Origin: Fibrobacterales bacterium
Lineage (GTDB): Bacteria; Fibrobacterota; Fibrobacteria; Fibrobacterales; JAOPTW01
Length of the DNA: 18,967 nt
Assembly (NCBI GenBank): GCA_051532055.1
Contig: JAOPTX010000046.1
Coordinates: forward strand, 1-18,967
Direction of reading: 5' to 3'
Notes under the pieces: generated by a model
Seen by the model: only the letters and a program-made list of their open reading frames with translations
Database searches by the model: none
What the model was told of the DNA's origin: nothing
In this document: positions 18,861-18,967 of the stretch, piece by piece
Layout of the letters: each line of letters opens with the position of its first letter
Position numbering within the stretch: the first letter of the stretch is position 1
Position numbers and translations under genes: made by a program

Positions 18861-18967
18861 ACTCCAAATAACTCGTGACAACAGCCGAAGCACGCAAGCT
18901 TTTTTCTATGCACTGAAGTGCAAAAAGCCTGCGTACGTTCGTCGGACTTCACCCGAAAAGTCAAGCA
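18861..18967 (+). other. attC-like recombination site 2 (probably incomplete)
   Basis: AAC at 18880-18882, then stem ACGCAAGCTTTT..TGCACT-GA-AGTGCA-AAAAGCCTGCGT. Shares CAACAGCnnnAGCAYGCAA and CTGCRTAC with attC-like site 1. Confidence 0.65.

Larger units (their letters stand above)
17791..18967 (+). mobile_element. Integron-like gene cassette 2 (3' end truncated by window)
   Basis: Begins GTTGTCACAAATTATTTGGAGT (17791-17812), whose 20/22 reverse complement lies at 18861-18882 and is followed by a second attC-like hairpin. Confidence 0.72.

Overview
Bacterial chromosomal DNA, most likely Fibrobacterota, judging from a TIGR02147-family gene, a FISUMP/Fib_succ_major lipoprotein and Ser-rich linkers. 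Left part (1-7662, +): a four-gene type I secretion operon with a 5'-truncated TolC, two PrtD/HlyB-like ABC transporters and HlyD. The first ABC subunit has a degenerate ATPase and is fused to three tandem hemerythrin domains. Middle (7669-14123): a TIGR02147 regulator paired with a LamG lipoprotein, an unannotated 32-aa membrane peptide with its own SD and terminator, a membrane class III adenylate cyclase, and a FISUMP lipoprotein with an (AGT)18 tract. Right part (14354-18967): an integron-like system. A tyrosine recombinase lacking the IntI-specific insertion is divergent from a repeat-rich attI-like region and at least two AT-rich gene cassettes separated by attC-like hairpins. Each cassette is bracketed by its own 22-bp inverted repeat (GTT...AAC), and all IR mismatches become G:T pairs on the bottom strand. 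Cassette 1 encodes a HEPN-motif protein plus a DUF6602-like PD-(D/E)XK nuclease, a candidate defence pair. The array runs off the window end. Family assignments come from motif recognition, not database searches.
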